From: a virus
Taxonomy: Duplodnaviria; Caudoviricetes
Direction: 5' to 3' (one strand)
DNA: 60,066 nucleotides
IMG/VR virus record: IMGVR_UViG_3300027367_000243
Span: 1 to 60,066 of that record
The position numbers were made by a program, and so were the translations under genes. Below the pieces are notes generated by a model. It searched no databases, was not told where the DNA came from, and was given only the letters and a program-made list of their open reading frames with translations. Below are positions 39,309-48,575 of this stretch, one piece after another; positions within the stretch are counted from its first letter, which is position 1; every line of letters starts with the position of its first letter.

Positions 39309-39605
39309 ATGGTAGGTATTACCAAAAAAAGATTAAAAAATGTGATGAGTGGATTTATCTCAAATACAGATAAAGATAGCCTAATGAGGGCGAGTTATTA
39401 TCAGATAACTAGAAACTTTACTAAGACTGTAAATCGCTTTGTTGCATTTAAGGATGAGGACAAGTTAATTGAAATACCACATGGTATTGGACAACGTTCT
39501 AAGTTTATAGATCTAATGGTAAAATACTTCGAATCATTAGAAGAGTATGAGAAGTGTAATAAATTAATGAAGTTAAGAGAGCTGGTTATGATGGCCGGCG
39601 ACTAA
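39309..39605 (+). CDS. small protein with C-terminal UVR-like motif
   Basis: YFESLEEYEKCNKLMKLR. Confidence 0.6.
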   Translation: MVGITKKRLKNVMSGFISNTDKDSLMRASYYQITRNFTKTVNRFVAFKDEDKLIEIPHGIGQRSKFIDLMVKYFESLEEYEKCNKLMKLRELVMMAGD

Positions 39606-39618
39606 ATATATTAAAACT

Positions 39619-40302
39619 ATGGCAAGAACCTCTAGAGCAGCATCGATCGCTGCAGGAATTAAAACAATTAGACTAAGACCAGGACAACGTGGTTACGTCG
39701 ATACTATTTTAAAAAATGACATAACATTTTGTTATGGTCCTGCAGGAACTTCAAAAACATTTACGGCATGTTATACTGCTTTACAAATGTTGCAAAACAA
39801 AGAGATAAAAGAAATCATATTATGTAAGCCTATTCAAGAAGCTGGTGAAAAGCTAGGCCATTTACCAGGAGGTATTGAAGATAAGGTAGATCCATATATG
39901 AAATCATACAAATCTAATCTAGTTAAAATTATCGGTCATGAATTAACAGAGACTCTTTTTGAAAAAAAGATAATCAGATTTGAACCATTAGCATATATGA
40001 GAGGTGATACCTTTGATGATGCATTGATGGTTTTAGATGAAGCTCAAAATGCTAACTTTAAACAACTAATGTTATTCGTAACAAGAATGGGTAGCAAAAG
40101 TAAAGTTGTAGTTACTGGAGATGTTAGCCAAGCAGACATCCAAGCATCGCAAGTTAGCTTGCCTGACTTTATTAATCTAATACAAGATGTAAAAGGTGTA
40201 GGAACGCATATCTTTACTGAAAAAGATATTGTTAGGGCTAAAATATTACAAGAGGTTGTTGTACGTTACGACAAATGGAAAATTCAAAACAACATAAAGT
40301 AA
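39619..40302 (+). CDS. phoH: PhoH-family ATPase
   Basis: GPAGTSKT, LGHLPG, AYMRGDTF, LDEAQN, TGDVSQAD. Confidence 0.93.
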   Translation: MARTSRAASIAAGIKTIRLRPGQRGYVDTILKNDITFCYGPAGTSKTFTACYTALQMLQNKEIKEIILCKPIQEAGEKLGHLPGGIEDKVDPYMKSYKSNLVKIIGHELTETLFEKKIIRFEPLAYMRGDTFDDALMVLDEAQNANFKQLMLFVTRMGSKSKVVVTGDVSQADIQASQVSLPDFINLIQDVKGVGTHIFTEKDIVRAKILQEVVVRYDKWKIQNNIK

Positions 40303-40754
40303 AAATACGTAAGGCGACGACAGATGATCTGGAATCTATTTGCGAAATTTACACTTCAGTTTTTAAAGGTATTACTACTCCGTCAAGTAGACAATGGTGG
40401 AATATCTTAGAAGATAAGAATATACATTACTATATAGCAGAAGTAGGTGGCTTTGTAGTAGGAGTTGCTTCTTTAATTACAATTAATAAATTAATTAGAG
40501 GTGGTAATAGAGTTGGCCTAATTGAAGACGTGGCTATATCTAAAACTTCTGGTAGCAGAGGTATTGGTACAATGTTAATTGAAAAGCTAAAAGAATTAGC
40601 AATAGAGCGAGGTTGCTACAAGGTAATTCTTAATTGTTCAGAAGATAACATAGGTTTCTATAAGAAATGTGACTTTTACCAAAACGAAGTACAGATGCGA
40701 TGGGACCGACCAATAGAATTAGGACCTAAAGCTAGAAACAAAGGGCTATTTTAG
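40275..40754 (+). CDS. GNAT acetyltransferase (GNA1-like)
   Basis: IEDVAI, RGIGTMLI, GCYKVILNC, FYKKC. Confidence 0.85.
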   Translation: MENSKQHKVKIRKATTDDLESICEIYTSVFKGITTPSSRQWWNILEDKNIHYYIAEVGGFVVGVASLITINKLIRGGNRVGLIEDVAISKTSGSRGIGTMLIEKLKELAIERGCYKVILNCSEDNIGFYKKCDFYQNEVQMRWDRPIELGPKARNKGLF

Positions 40755-40761
40755 GGTATAA
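40736..40761 (+). promoter_or_regulatory. AAAC-N17-TATAA promoter-like motif
   Basis: AAAC 40736-40739, TATAA 40757-40761. Confidence 0.55.
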
Positions 40762-40780
40762 CTGCTAAACAAGTTAACCT

Positions 40781-41407
40781 ATGTCTAAAATCATATTATT
40801 AAAGCACAGTCATTCTAACGATCCTACGAAGATTGAGATTGGGCTAGACGAAGCAGGTAGGGGTGCACTCGCAGGGCCTGTAACAGTCGCGGCATGTATA
40901 ATGCCATTCGGATTCCAACATGAACTTATTAAAGATTCCAAGTTATTAAATGAGGGTCAGCGTGCAGAGGCAAGGCAAATGGTCCTTGATAACTGCTTAG
41001 GCTTCTCCATACAACACGTAGATGTTGAGACAATAGAAAATACTAACATTTTAAAGGCTACCTTAGAAGGCATGAAAAGAGCTCTTGATGAGGTTAAACC
41101 AAATCAAGATTTTGATTTCATTCTAGTAGATGGAGACCAATTCCATGGGTACGATGGTAAGCCTTTTGAAACTGTAGTAGGAGGTGATAATATCTACACG
41201 AGTATTGCCGCAGCTTCTATCTTAGCTAAAACAGAAAGAGATCTTTATATGAAGTCTTTAGAAGGTGGTAATGTATATGGATGGGGTTCTAATAAAGGAT
41301 ACGGAACTAAACAACATATTACTGCAATTAAAGAATCAGGAGCAACAGAGCACCATAGAGATTCTTTCATCTCACACTTATTAACCACCACAAATGTATT
41401 GTTTTGA
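40781..41407 (+). CDS. rnhB: ribonuclease HII
   Basis: GLDEAGRGALAGPV, DSK, VDG, SIAAASILAK, NKGYGT. Confidence 0.95.
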   Translation: MSKIILLKHSHSNDPTKIEIGLDEAGRGALAGPVTVAACIMPFGFQHELIKDSKLLNEGQRAEARQMVLDNCLGFSIQHVDVETIENTNILKATLEGMKRALDEVKPNQDFDFILVDGDQFHGYDGKPFETVVGGDNIYTSIAAASILAKTERDLYMKSLEGGNVYGWGSNKGYGTKQHITAIKESGATEHHRDSFISHLLTTTNVLF

Positions 41408-41754
41408 GAGGGCTGCTAATAGGAATATTATGCTTCCTAGTAGGTCAGACTCTAATTTGGTTTCAAACTAACGGACAATTTATTTCACCATGGGCTAAAA
41501 GAAATACTTTACTCTTAGCTCTTGTCGGTGGAACTACAATTAGCTATTTCTTTATTCATGGAACTAGATTAATTGCAGAGCATTATGATGGATTACTTTG
41601 GCCTGGAAGATTCTTAGGCTTTTCAATGGGTATTACATCATTTGCCTTTTTAACATACTATTTTATGGGCGAAGGCATTACTATGAAAACATGGGTTAGT
41701 TTAGGATTAGCAGCACTGTTAATTTGTGTACAACTTTTTTGGAAGACAACATGA
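41404..41754 (+). CDS. small multi-pass membrane protein
   Basis: About four hydrophobic segments, SMR/DMT-like size. Confidence 0.6.
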   Translation: MRGLLIGILCFLVGQTLIWFQTNGQFISPWAKRNTLLLALVGGTTISYFFIHGTRLIAEHYDGLLWPGRFLGFSMGITSFAFLTYYFMGEGITMKTWVSLGLAALLICVQLFWKTT

Positions 41755-42008
41755 TAAAAGCCAGAAAATTCCCATGGGATGAAAAAGGAAAGATGACTAA
41801 TGTAGTTGTCTATAAAAAACAAAAATCTAGTGATAAGCATTACATGATAGTTACTGACATTCACTTAGATATTATTAATAACAATAGAGCTACTAAACCA
41901 ATCATAGACCATAAGTACGATATAGTATGTATGGGAGTAGGTAGAAACTACGTTGATAGTTGGTCAGCACTATATAAAATCAAAAACCCGCAAATAATAA
42001 CAAAATAG
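41751..42008 (+). CDS. hypothetical protein
   Basis: Probable start ATG 41751 (ATGA overlap). Confidence 0.6.
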   Translation: MIKARKFPWDEKGKMTNVVVYKKQKSSDKHYMIVTDIHLDIINNNRATKPIIDHKYDIVCMGVGRNYVDSWSALYKIKNPQIITK

Positions 42009-42065
42009 TTGCCTCTATATTTTTTTATGTCAATTATTTTTCGTATATTTGCACTGTAATTAAAA
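42001..42065 (+). promoter_or_regulatory. conserved ~65-bp upstream element, copy 2
   Basis: Contains TATATTTG, matching the Bacteroidota -7 consensus TAnnTTTG. Confidence 0.75.
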
Positions 42066-42074
42066 TTAAACATT

Positions 42075-42287
42075 ATGAAAAACAACATTTTAAAAGCCGT
42101 TCTCTTATTAGTGATAGCAGTTCCTTTAGCAATTATTGGTGCTACATTTTTATGGAATGCTGTTTTAGTAGAAGCAGTCACATGGGCTAACCCAATTAAT
42201 CCTTGGCAAATGTTAGGGATAATGGTATTGTATTACCTTATGTTCCCTGGACAAAAATCAACACTAAAAAGTAAAAAGGATGTCTAA
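42075..42287 (+). CDS. small membrane protein
   Basis: 70 aa, two hydrophobic segments. Confidence 0.6.
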   Translation: MKNNILKAVLLLVIAVPLAIIGATFLWNAVLVEAVTWANPINPWQMLGIMVLYYLMFPGQKSTLKSKKDV

Positions 42288-42738
42288 GCAAATTGTATAT
42301 TTTGATATGGATGGTGTGCTAGTAGATCTAGGAAAGAAGATAGGCACATTTCCAGCTGATATGATTGCTACTTTTGAGAAAGAAGATAAAATAGAACAGT
42401 TACCTTTTATATTTAAAAACCCAGATCCAATTGAAGGTGCAGTAGATGCCTTTAATAAATTATGTGAATCTGACAAATACGATTGTTATATTCTATCTAC
42501 AGCTCCATGGGATGCTCCGTGGGTTTGGACAGAAAAAAGAGAATGGGTAGAAAAGTACTTAGGTAAGAATGCTTACAAAAGACTAATCCTATCTCACAAC
42601 AAACATTTAATGATAGGTGATTACCTAATCGATGATAGAACTAAAAACGGTGCCGGAGAATTCAAAGGTGAATTAATTCAATTCGGAACTAAAGAATTTC
42701 CAGGATGGGATTCTGTACTTAACTACTTAAAACCTTAA
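42280..42738 (+). CDS. 5'(3')-deoxyribonucleotidase (NT5C-like HAD)
   Basis: FDMDGVL, LSTAPW, EK.EW, GDYLIDDR. Confidence 0.88.
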   Translation: MSKQIVYFDMDGVLVDLGKKIGTFPADMIATFEKEDKIEQLPFIFKNPDPIEGAVDAFNKLCESDKYDCYILSTAPWDAPWVWTEKREWVEKYLGKNAYKRLILSHNKHLMIGDYLIDDRTKNGAGEFKGELIQFGTKEFPGWDSVLNYLKP

Positions 42739-42739
42739 T

Positions 42740-43882
42740 ATGGATCAAAGGATTACAGAAATACTTAACAAAGAAAAGAATAGACAATCAGATACTATTG
42801 AGTTAATTGCTAGTGAGAACTTTGCATCTGATGCTGTAATGGAATTAGCAGGTTCTATATTTACAAACAAATATGCAGAAGGTTATCCTGGTAAAAGGTA
42901 TTACAATGGATGTGACCACATGGATGAAGTAGAGTTACTTGCAATAGAAGAACTTAAAAAGTTATACAATTGTAACTTTGCCAATGTACAACCACATTGT
43001 GGAGCAAATGCTAACACTGCTGTATTCCAAGCATTCTTAAAACCAGGTGATACAATACTTGGAATGGATTTAGCTAGTGGAGGACATTTATCTCATGGTA
43101 GTAAACCTAACATCTCAGGTAAAGTTTATGATGCACATTCGTATGGAGTAGATGAGAATGGTTATTTAAACTATGATGATATTAGAACTAAGGCCCTAGA
43201 AGTTAAACCTAAAATGCTGATAGCTGGAGCAAGCGCATACTCAAGAATAATAGATTGGAAAAAGTTTAGAGAAATAGCTGATGAAGTAGGAGCAGTTCTA
43301 TTAGTAGATATGGCTCACTATTCAGGTCTTATTGCAGGAGGCGAATATCCTAATCCTGTTGAGTTTGCTGATGTAGTAACCTCAACAACTCATAAAACAT
43401 TAAGAGGACCAAGAGGTGGAATCATTATCTGGAATAATGCAGATTATACTAAGAAGATAAATGGAGCAATATTTCCAGGTACACAAGGTGGTCCACTCAT
43501 GCATGTAATTGCTGCTAAGGCACAATGTTTTATAGAGGCTAATACTCCAGAATTTAAAGAGTACTGTAAGCAGGTAAAAGAGAATGCTAATCGTATGTGT
43601 AGAGTATTTAAAGAAAATGATATATCTATATTGACAGGAGGAACTGACTCACATTTAATATTAATAGATCTATCTAATAAAAAACACAGTGGAAGAGTAG
43701 TAGCTGATCTATTAGAAGAAAAAGGTATTACTGTTAATAAGAATGGAATACCCAATGATCCTAGAAGTTTTATAGAAACCAGTGGTATTAGAATAGGAAC
43801 TGCTGCAGAAACAACAAGAGGCCATGGTAAGAATTGGTTTGGAGCATTAGCAACAAAAATAAGTGAACTAATAAACAACTAA
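42740..43882 (+). CDS. glyA: serine hydroxymethyltransferase
   Basis: LIASEN, NKYAEGYPGKRYY, GGHLSHG, TTHKTLRGPRGG, FPGTQGGP. Confidence 0.97.
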   Translation: MDQRITEILNKEKNRQSDTIELIASENFASDAVMELAGSIFTNKYAEGYPGKRYYNGCDHMDEVELLAIEELKKLYNCNFANVQPHCGANANTAVFQAFLKPGDTILGMDLASGGHLSHGSKPNISGKVYDAHSYGVDENGYLNYDDIRTKALEVKPKMLIAGASAYSRIIDWKKFREIADEVGAVLLVDMAHYSGLIAGGEYPNPVEFADVVTSTTHKTLRGPRGGIIIWNNADYTKKINGAIFPGTQGGPLMHVIAAKAQCFIEANTPEFKEYCKQVKENANRMCRVFKENDISILTGGTDSHLILIDLSNKKHSGRVVADLLEEKGITVNKNGIPNDPRSFIETSGIRIGTAAETTRGHGKNWFGALATKISELINN

Positions 43883-43883
43883 T

Positions 43884-44123
43884 ATGAAATTCGATACTAA
43901 CGTAGACTTAATCCTAGGCATTAATAAAAAGACACATGATGTTATCATGAGTTGTACTAATATGACTCAATTATCAGGTGCTAAACAATTTGTAAAACTA
44001 GCTAAAAGGTTTTATGATAATGTTATATGTGTAGACGATATGCAAAAATCATATATTGCTAAAGCTGTTGGTAATATAGATAAAGTACTTAAAATTCAAT
44101 CTAGAAAATTAAAGTCTTTATGA
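43884..44123 (+). CDS. hypothetical protein
   Basis: 79-aa ORF in operon. Confidence 0.6.
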   Translation: MKFDTNVDLILGINKKTHDVIMSCTNMTQLSGAKQFVKLAKRFYDNVICVDDMQKSYIAKAVGNIDKVLKIQSRKLKSL

Positions 44124-44350
44124 TGGATATGCATGATAGAATCATGAGAGTTCTAGATACAACGCATGTTGTTAGAATAGAAGATTCTACTGTATATAAA
44201 GTTTTAGATATTGTACCTTTAGGAGATGATGTTCTTTTTGTAGAAACTGTATCAGGTCTTTTATTTCAAGACTTAGATGTATTTACATTAGAAGAAGCTG
44301 CTAATATGGAACGTCGATTTAGTGAAGTCCGCAAAATAATTGCAAAATAA
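44120..44350 (+). CDS. hypothetical protein
   Basis: 76-aa ORF in operon. Confidence 0.6.
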   Translation: MMDMHDRIMRVLDTTHVVRIEDSTVYKVLDIVPLGDDVLFVETVSGLLFQDLDVFTLEEAANMERRFSEVRKIIAK

Positions 44351-44407
44351 GTGCCTCTAGATTTTTTTATGTCAATTATTTTTCGTATATTAGTACTGTA
44401 ATTAAAA
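44343..44407 (+). promoter_or_regulatory. conserved ~65-bp upstream element, copy 3
   Basis: Near-identical to copies 1, 2 and 4. Confidence 0.75.
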
Positions 44408-44417
44408 CGATAAAGAA

Positions 44418-44885
44418 ATGAAAAAAGTAATATTTGATTTAGACGGAACTTTAGCCCTCATCGATAAGAGGAGAGCTATCTCTACTAAAGACAACGGTAA
44501 AATGAATTGGGACACTTTCTTTGATCCTAAGAACATCGATCTTGACTTACCACATCAAGCTGTAATTGATATGGCTAAAGTACTTAAAGACTCTGGTCAC
44601 ATGATTGTTATTTTTAGTGGAAGATCTAAAGCTACTAAAGATGCAACAAATGCTTGGTTAAAGAAATTCGACGTACCATGTGATGTATTAAAGATGAGAC
44701 CAACTAGCAAAGACTTTCAGTTTATGCCAGATGACGATCTTAAGAAGAAATGGTTTAATGACTTATTTCCAACACAAAAGCACGTTGACGATGTAGTTTG
44801 TGTATTTGATGACAGACAAAAAGTAGTTAATATGTGGAGAGATATGGGATTAACTTGTATGCAAGTTGCACCTGGTAATTTTTAA
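44418..44885 (+). CDS. HAD phosphatase similar to the polynucleotide kinase 3'-phosphatase domain
   Basis: FDLDGTL, FSGR, MRP, FDDR..VV.MWR..G..C.QV. Confidence 0.8.
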   Translation: MKKVIFDLDGTLALIDKRRAISTKDNGKMNWDTFFDPKNIDLDLPHQAVIDMAKVLKDSGHMIVIFSGRSKATKDATNAWLKKFDVPCDVLKMRPTSKDFQFMPDDDLKKKWFNDLFPTQKHVDDVVCVFDDRQKVVNMWRDMGLTCMQVAPGNF

Positions 44886-44895
44886 AATAAAAGAT

Positions 44896-45180
44896 ATGGA
44901 ATTTAGAGACTTAAAATTTAAGAAACAAACACACGGTGGAGTAGGAGCTACTGTTGACTTTAACGATATTATAGTAAGTATTCAAGCTGGTAAATTTGTT
45001 TACAGTACACCTCGAGAAGATCTATTAGACTCTAGTATGTACTCAGCTTTTGAAGTTGCGATATTTGACAAAGAAGGTAGATACATTACTGAAAAATACA
45101 TTAAAGATTGTAGTGATGGTGAAGTTTCAGGATGGACATCTAAAGAAACTATAGAAGAGCTGCTTTCAAACTTAACTTAA
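44896..45180 (+). CDS. hypothetical protein
   Basis: Probable start ATG 44896. Confidence 0.6.
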   Translation: MEFRDLKFKKQTHGGVGATVDFNDIIVSIQAGKFVYSTPREDLLDSSMYSAFEVAIFDKEGRYITEKYIKDCSDGEVSGWTSKETIEELLSNLT

Positions 45181-45194
45181 TTGTTAATAACTTT

Positions 45195-45260
45195 GCAAAA
45201 AAACTGCCATAGAATTTTTTTATGTCAGTTTTTTTTCGTATATTAGTACTGTAATTAAAA
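45195..45260 (+). promoter_or_regulatory. conserved ~65-bp upstream element, copy 4
   Basis: Near-identical to copies 1-3. Confidence 0.75.
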
Positions 45261-45273
45261 ACAAACAAAAACT

Positions 45274-45588
45274 ATGTCAAACATTTTAACATTCGTACTT
45301 AGAAACTCTTTAGGAGATTCAACAAACAATGGTCTTACTTCAAGAGAAGACTCAATCGTTCTGCATCACGGTCCTGATACTGATTTAGCAGATCTTACTT
45401 TAATTCCAGATGATGAATTGGTTTTAGTAGAAAGACAATTATTCGGAGAAGAAGCCTGGTATGCAGTTCCTGCTGGAATTTACAAGAGTAATAAACATTC
45501 AATGTTCGGTGGTAATTTTATCCACACTTCAGATTCAAGGTTTCCTGGCAGAGCGCCGATTCCTGTTCACGATAGAGTAGAATCATAA
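45274..45588 (+). CDS. hypothetical phage protein
   Basis: 104 aa ending MFGGNF..TSDSRF....PIPVHDRVE. Confidence 0.65.
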   Translation: MSNILTFVLRNSLGDSTNNGLTSREDSIVLHHGPDTDLADLTLIPDDELVLVERQLFGEEAWYAVPAGIYKSNKHSMFGGNFIHTSDSRFPGRAPIPVHDRVES

Positions 45589-45797
45589 TGGGTATCTACT
45601 CACTACCAAAAGGCACTTCGTGGTATTACCGCGAGATGGGTTCCAGAAGCAAAAAGACTGGTAAGTTATCCTACTATAATGTAAAGGTAACAGATCATAA
45701 AATTGTAGACTGTGAATGTAAAGCCAGAGAGTTTAGCCGATACACTCCATGTAAGCACATGAAAAGATTACATGAAAAAATTGGCCATAGTTTGTAA
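45588..45797 (+). CDS. SWIM zinc-finger protein
   Basis: CEC...CKH (CxCx(n)CxH). Confidence 0.7.
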   Translation: MGIYSLPKGTSWYYREMGSRSKKTGKLSYYNVKVTDHKIVDCECKAREFSRYTPCKHMKRLHEKIGHSL

Positions 45798-45827
45798 ATT
45801 TTAAAATAAACATGTAATTATACTAAT

Positions 45828-46349
45828 ATGGAAGCAATAAAACAAATACAATCACTTCTGCAAGAGGCAGAACAAATCGCCAAAGATCAACTAGGACTTG
45901 ACAATATATTCTATAATGAGAGGTTCATAGAGATGTTCATGGCAAATCATTTAGGCCATGAGTATGGTAACAATACTCAGGGTGGCGACGCCTTAGATGC
46001 CACTGAAACGCCTACAGAATATAAGGCAATCAACATGAGAAACAAGGGTAAATCTGGTACTTTCCAGTTCCATTGGTTATCTGAAAACAAAATTGAAAAA
46101 TACGCGCAAACGAATAATATGTACTTTGCCGTCAGAGATGGAGTTACTATCAAGAAAATCTACGAGGTACCGACTGATGTTATCATGCCAGTCTTAGAAG
46201 CGAAAGCAACTGGAGGTAAATCAATCCATGGTCATGCAGGATTTAATGAAAAGAAATTAATCGAAACGTTTAACGCAACACTAGTTTATGACAGCGAGAA
46301 AGAATACTGTGCATATTCTGGTCTAACATCACCCGCAGCTTATGAGTAA
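45828..46349 (+). CDS. PvuII-like PD-(D/E)xK endonuclease
   Basis: GGDALD.....EYKAIN, IEKY, YFAV..G..IKKIY parallel PvuII GNDAVD..ELKSIN, IAKY, IFAIY.G.AIEAIY (recalled sequence). Confidence 0.6.
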   Translation: MEAIKQIQSLLQEAEQIAKDQLGLDNIFYNERFIEMFMANHLGHEYGNNTQGGDALDATETPTEYKAINMRNKGKSGTFQFHWLSENKIEKYAQTNNMYFAVRDGVTIKKIYEVPTDVIMPVLEAKATGGKSIHGHAGFNEKKLIETFNATLVYDSEKEYCAYSGLTSPAAYE

Positions 46350-46590
46350 AAGACAAACACCAGTCGCATTGTTAATAGAGGCAATGCAAGAAGAATTAGA
46401 AAGTAGTCCAAAAGAAGTATGGCAAGGTATGGAATATGCAATCGCGATTGCTAAAACATTCTTACCTGAAGAAAAGAAAATCATGTGTGATTTTGCAAAT
46501 GATTGGGCAGATGCAAGAGAAGAATCAGACAGAATACGTAAAGTAGAAGAAGATGAATTCAATAGCCATTTAGGCAGGTTCAGACCATAA
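46342..46590 (+). CDS. hypothetical protein
   Basis: 82-aa ORF. Confidence 0.6.
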   Translation: MSKRQTPVALLIEAMQEELESSPKEVWQGMEYAIAIAKTFLPEEKKIMCDFANDWADAREESDRIRKVEEDEFNSHLGRFRP

Positions 46591-46614
46591 ACAATTAATA
46601 ACTTTAAACTATAA
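46589..46614 (+). promoter_or_regulatory. AAAC-N17-TATAA promoter-like motif
   Basis: AAAC 46589-46592, TATAA 46610-46614. Confidence 0.55.
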
Positions 46615-46627
46615 TAATTAAACTAAT

Positions 46628-46819
46628 ATGATGACATTAACAGATCTTAAAAAGTACGCAGAAGGAATTTCAAAACAATACCCACAACTTGACGACGAAG
46701 TTAGAGACTTATACTTTCTAGCAGAAATGGAAGTAGAAGATGGAGAATCAGAAAATAATGAATGCGAATTAGCAATCGGTTCTATTAAAGAATTAATTTC
46801 AGAACTAGATCGAATATAA
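46628..46819 (+). CDS. small acidic hypothetical protein
   Basis: 63-aa ORF. Confidence 0.6.
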   Translation: MMTLTDLKKYAEGISKQYPQLDDEVRDLYFLAEMEVEDGESENNECELAIGSIKELISELDRI

Positions 46820-47406
46820 TGAGTAGACAATTTACTTGGTGGCGTAGATTCTGGGGAGTACGTAAAATCCCTAAGCAATATCTTTACAAAGGAGCAAGCG
46901 AACTCTTACAACGAATTGAGTTCGGCGAATTTGAAGTTAACAACTTAGGAAGAGAAATCTACCTAGAAGATTCAATCTACGACGCTGAAGTAAAGAGAAT
47001 ACAAAAAGAGTCTCCATGGCTTAAAGACGATACGTTAGAAGAGGCAATTGCTGACGCTAGGAAACAACGTAATAAACGTAAGACTAAAATGATGGAGGCT
47101 CACTTAAAGGCAGAACATTTATTACTAAGAGATATTATGACTAAACTTGCAGAAGAGTTTAAGATAGATCCAGAGATAGTAAAGAATGAAATGGAAGAGT
47201 TCGATGGAACTACTAGAGAACTTTATTTCCATATTAAGTCAATTGCCTTAAATAGATTATACGATCCAAATAAACAACCAAGATTAATACTTGAACAACC
47301 AAGACATATACTCAAACCTAAAGAGAGGAAGTATATTATTCTTTGGACAAAGTTAATTAAACAACATGATTGGCGAGAGTTCTTAAACTGGAACAATTAC
47401 CAATAA
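46819..47406 (+). CDS. hypothetical protein
   Basis: 195-aa ORF, TAATG coupling. Confidence 0.7.
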   Translation: MSRQFTWWRRFWGVRKIPKQYLYKGASELLQRIEFGEFEVNNLGREIYLEDSIYDAEVKRIQKESPWLKDDTLEEAIADARKQRNKRKTKMMEAHLKAEHLLLRDIMTKLAEEFKIDPEIVKNEMEEFDGTTRELYFHIKSIALNRLYDPNKQPRLILEQPRHILKPKERKYIILWTKLIKQHDWREFLNWNNYQ

Positions 47407-47433
47407 ACCACTATAACTAATAAATCTAGCCTT

Positions 47434-48357
47434 ATGACAAATTACGGATATTGTTGTATCAACATGGCTCTTCGAGAGCAAAAGCCTTCAATCACTACAA
47501 ATCGTTCTATGATTAAAAGAACATTCGTAGCTAAAGGTATGGACTACGCATCAGAACTTATTGTAGAGAATGTAAAAGATCTACGTAAGATTATTAAATG
47601 GAATGAGGCTAATGGTCTTAAACTATATCGTATGTCTTCTGATATTATGCCTTGGATGTCTGAGTATAATATCTCTGATCTTAAAGACTTTAAAACTATT
47701 AAAACAATCCTAGAAGATTGTGGCGATCTAGCTAGAGAATACGGCCAAAGAATTACTTTTCACCCAGGTCCATTTGATGTTCTTGCATCTAAGAATCCAA
47801 ATGTAGTTACTAAGTCTATTAAGGATCTTAACAAGCATGGTGAAATATTTGACCTTATGGGTTTACCACGTACTCCGTATGCTGCTATTAATATTCATGT
47901 CAATACTACACAAGGTGGTAAAGAAGAATGTATGCAGAGGTTCGTAGATGCTTTTCATGAATTAGATGCTTCAGTTCGTAAACGTCTAGTTGTTGAAAAT
48001 GACGACAAGCTAAAACAATATGCAACAGAAGATCTATATGTAGGTATTCACAACAAGATTGGTATTCCTATTACATTTGACTATCATCACCACTGGTGCC
48101 ATCCAGGAGAATTAACTCAAGAAGAAGCTCTTAAGTTAGCTTCTACTACTTGGCCAAAAGATATTAAACAACTATGCCACTACTCTTCATGTAAACGAAT
48201 TCATGAAGATGCGACAGTAATGGCAAGGGCTCACGCCGATTACATATATGAACCTATCAATGACTATGGCCTTAATCTCGATATAGAACTAGAGGCTAAA
48301 GCTAAAGAGCGAGCAGTTCAAAAATATGTGAAACAATTCGCAACACAACTAGTATAA
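47434..48357 (+). CDS. uvsE: UV damage endonuclease
   Basis: GYCCIN, LYRMSS, FHPG, LVVENDD, FDYHHH, HYSS, HADY, ELEAKAKE. Confidence 0.93.
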   Translation: MTNYGYCCINMALREQKPSITTNRSMIKRTFVAKGMDYASELIVENVKDLRKIIKWNEANGLKLYRMSSDIMPWMSEYNISDLKDFKTIKTILEDCGDLAREYGQRITFHPGPFDVLASKNPNVVTKSIKDLNKHGEIFDLMGLPRTPYAAINIHVNTTQGGKEECMQRFVDAFHELDASVRKRLVVENDDKLKQYATEDLYVGIHNKIGIPITFDYHHHWCHPGELTQEEALKLASTTWPKDIKQLCHYSSCKRIHEDATVMARAHADYIYEPINDYGLNLDIELEAKAKERAVQKYVKQFATQLV

Positions 48358-48375
48358 ACATTAAATAATTATTAC

Positions 48376-48573
48376 ATGAAAAAGTTTTTAAACACAGCAA
48401 AGTCAATTCTTAACACAATCTCAGACCAGTGGTTTTATCTAATCGGGCTATTATGGATGTTCGCGTCGTTCATCTATATCGGGAAGCCTCAATTTTGGGT
48501 AGTTCTAGGATTTGGAATTATATTTACTGGAGTCCAAAACATTATCAATGAAATTAAATTAAAAAGAAATTAA
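48376..48573 (+). CDS. small membrane protein
   Basis: 65 aa, two hydrophobic segments. Confidence 0.6.
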   Translation: MKKFLNTAKSILNTISDQWFYLIGLLWMFASFIYIGKPQFWVVLGFGIIFTGVQNIINEIKLKRN

Positions 48574-48575
48574 AT

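Noticed and set aside
36628-45260. The ~65-bp repeats as attC sites or MITEs
   Set aside because: No internal inverted symmetry or terminal inverted repeats, and no integrase in the window; fixed position before start codons fits promoters better.
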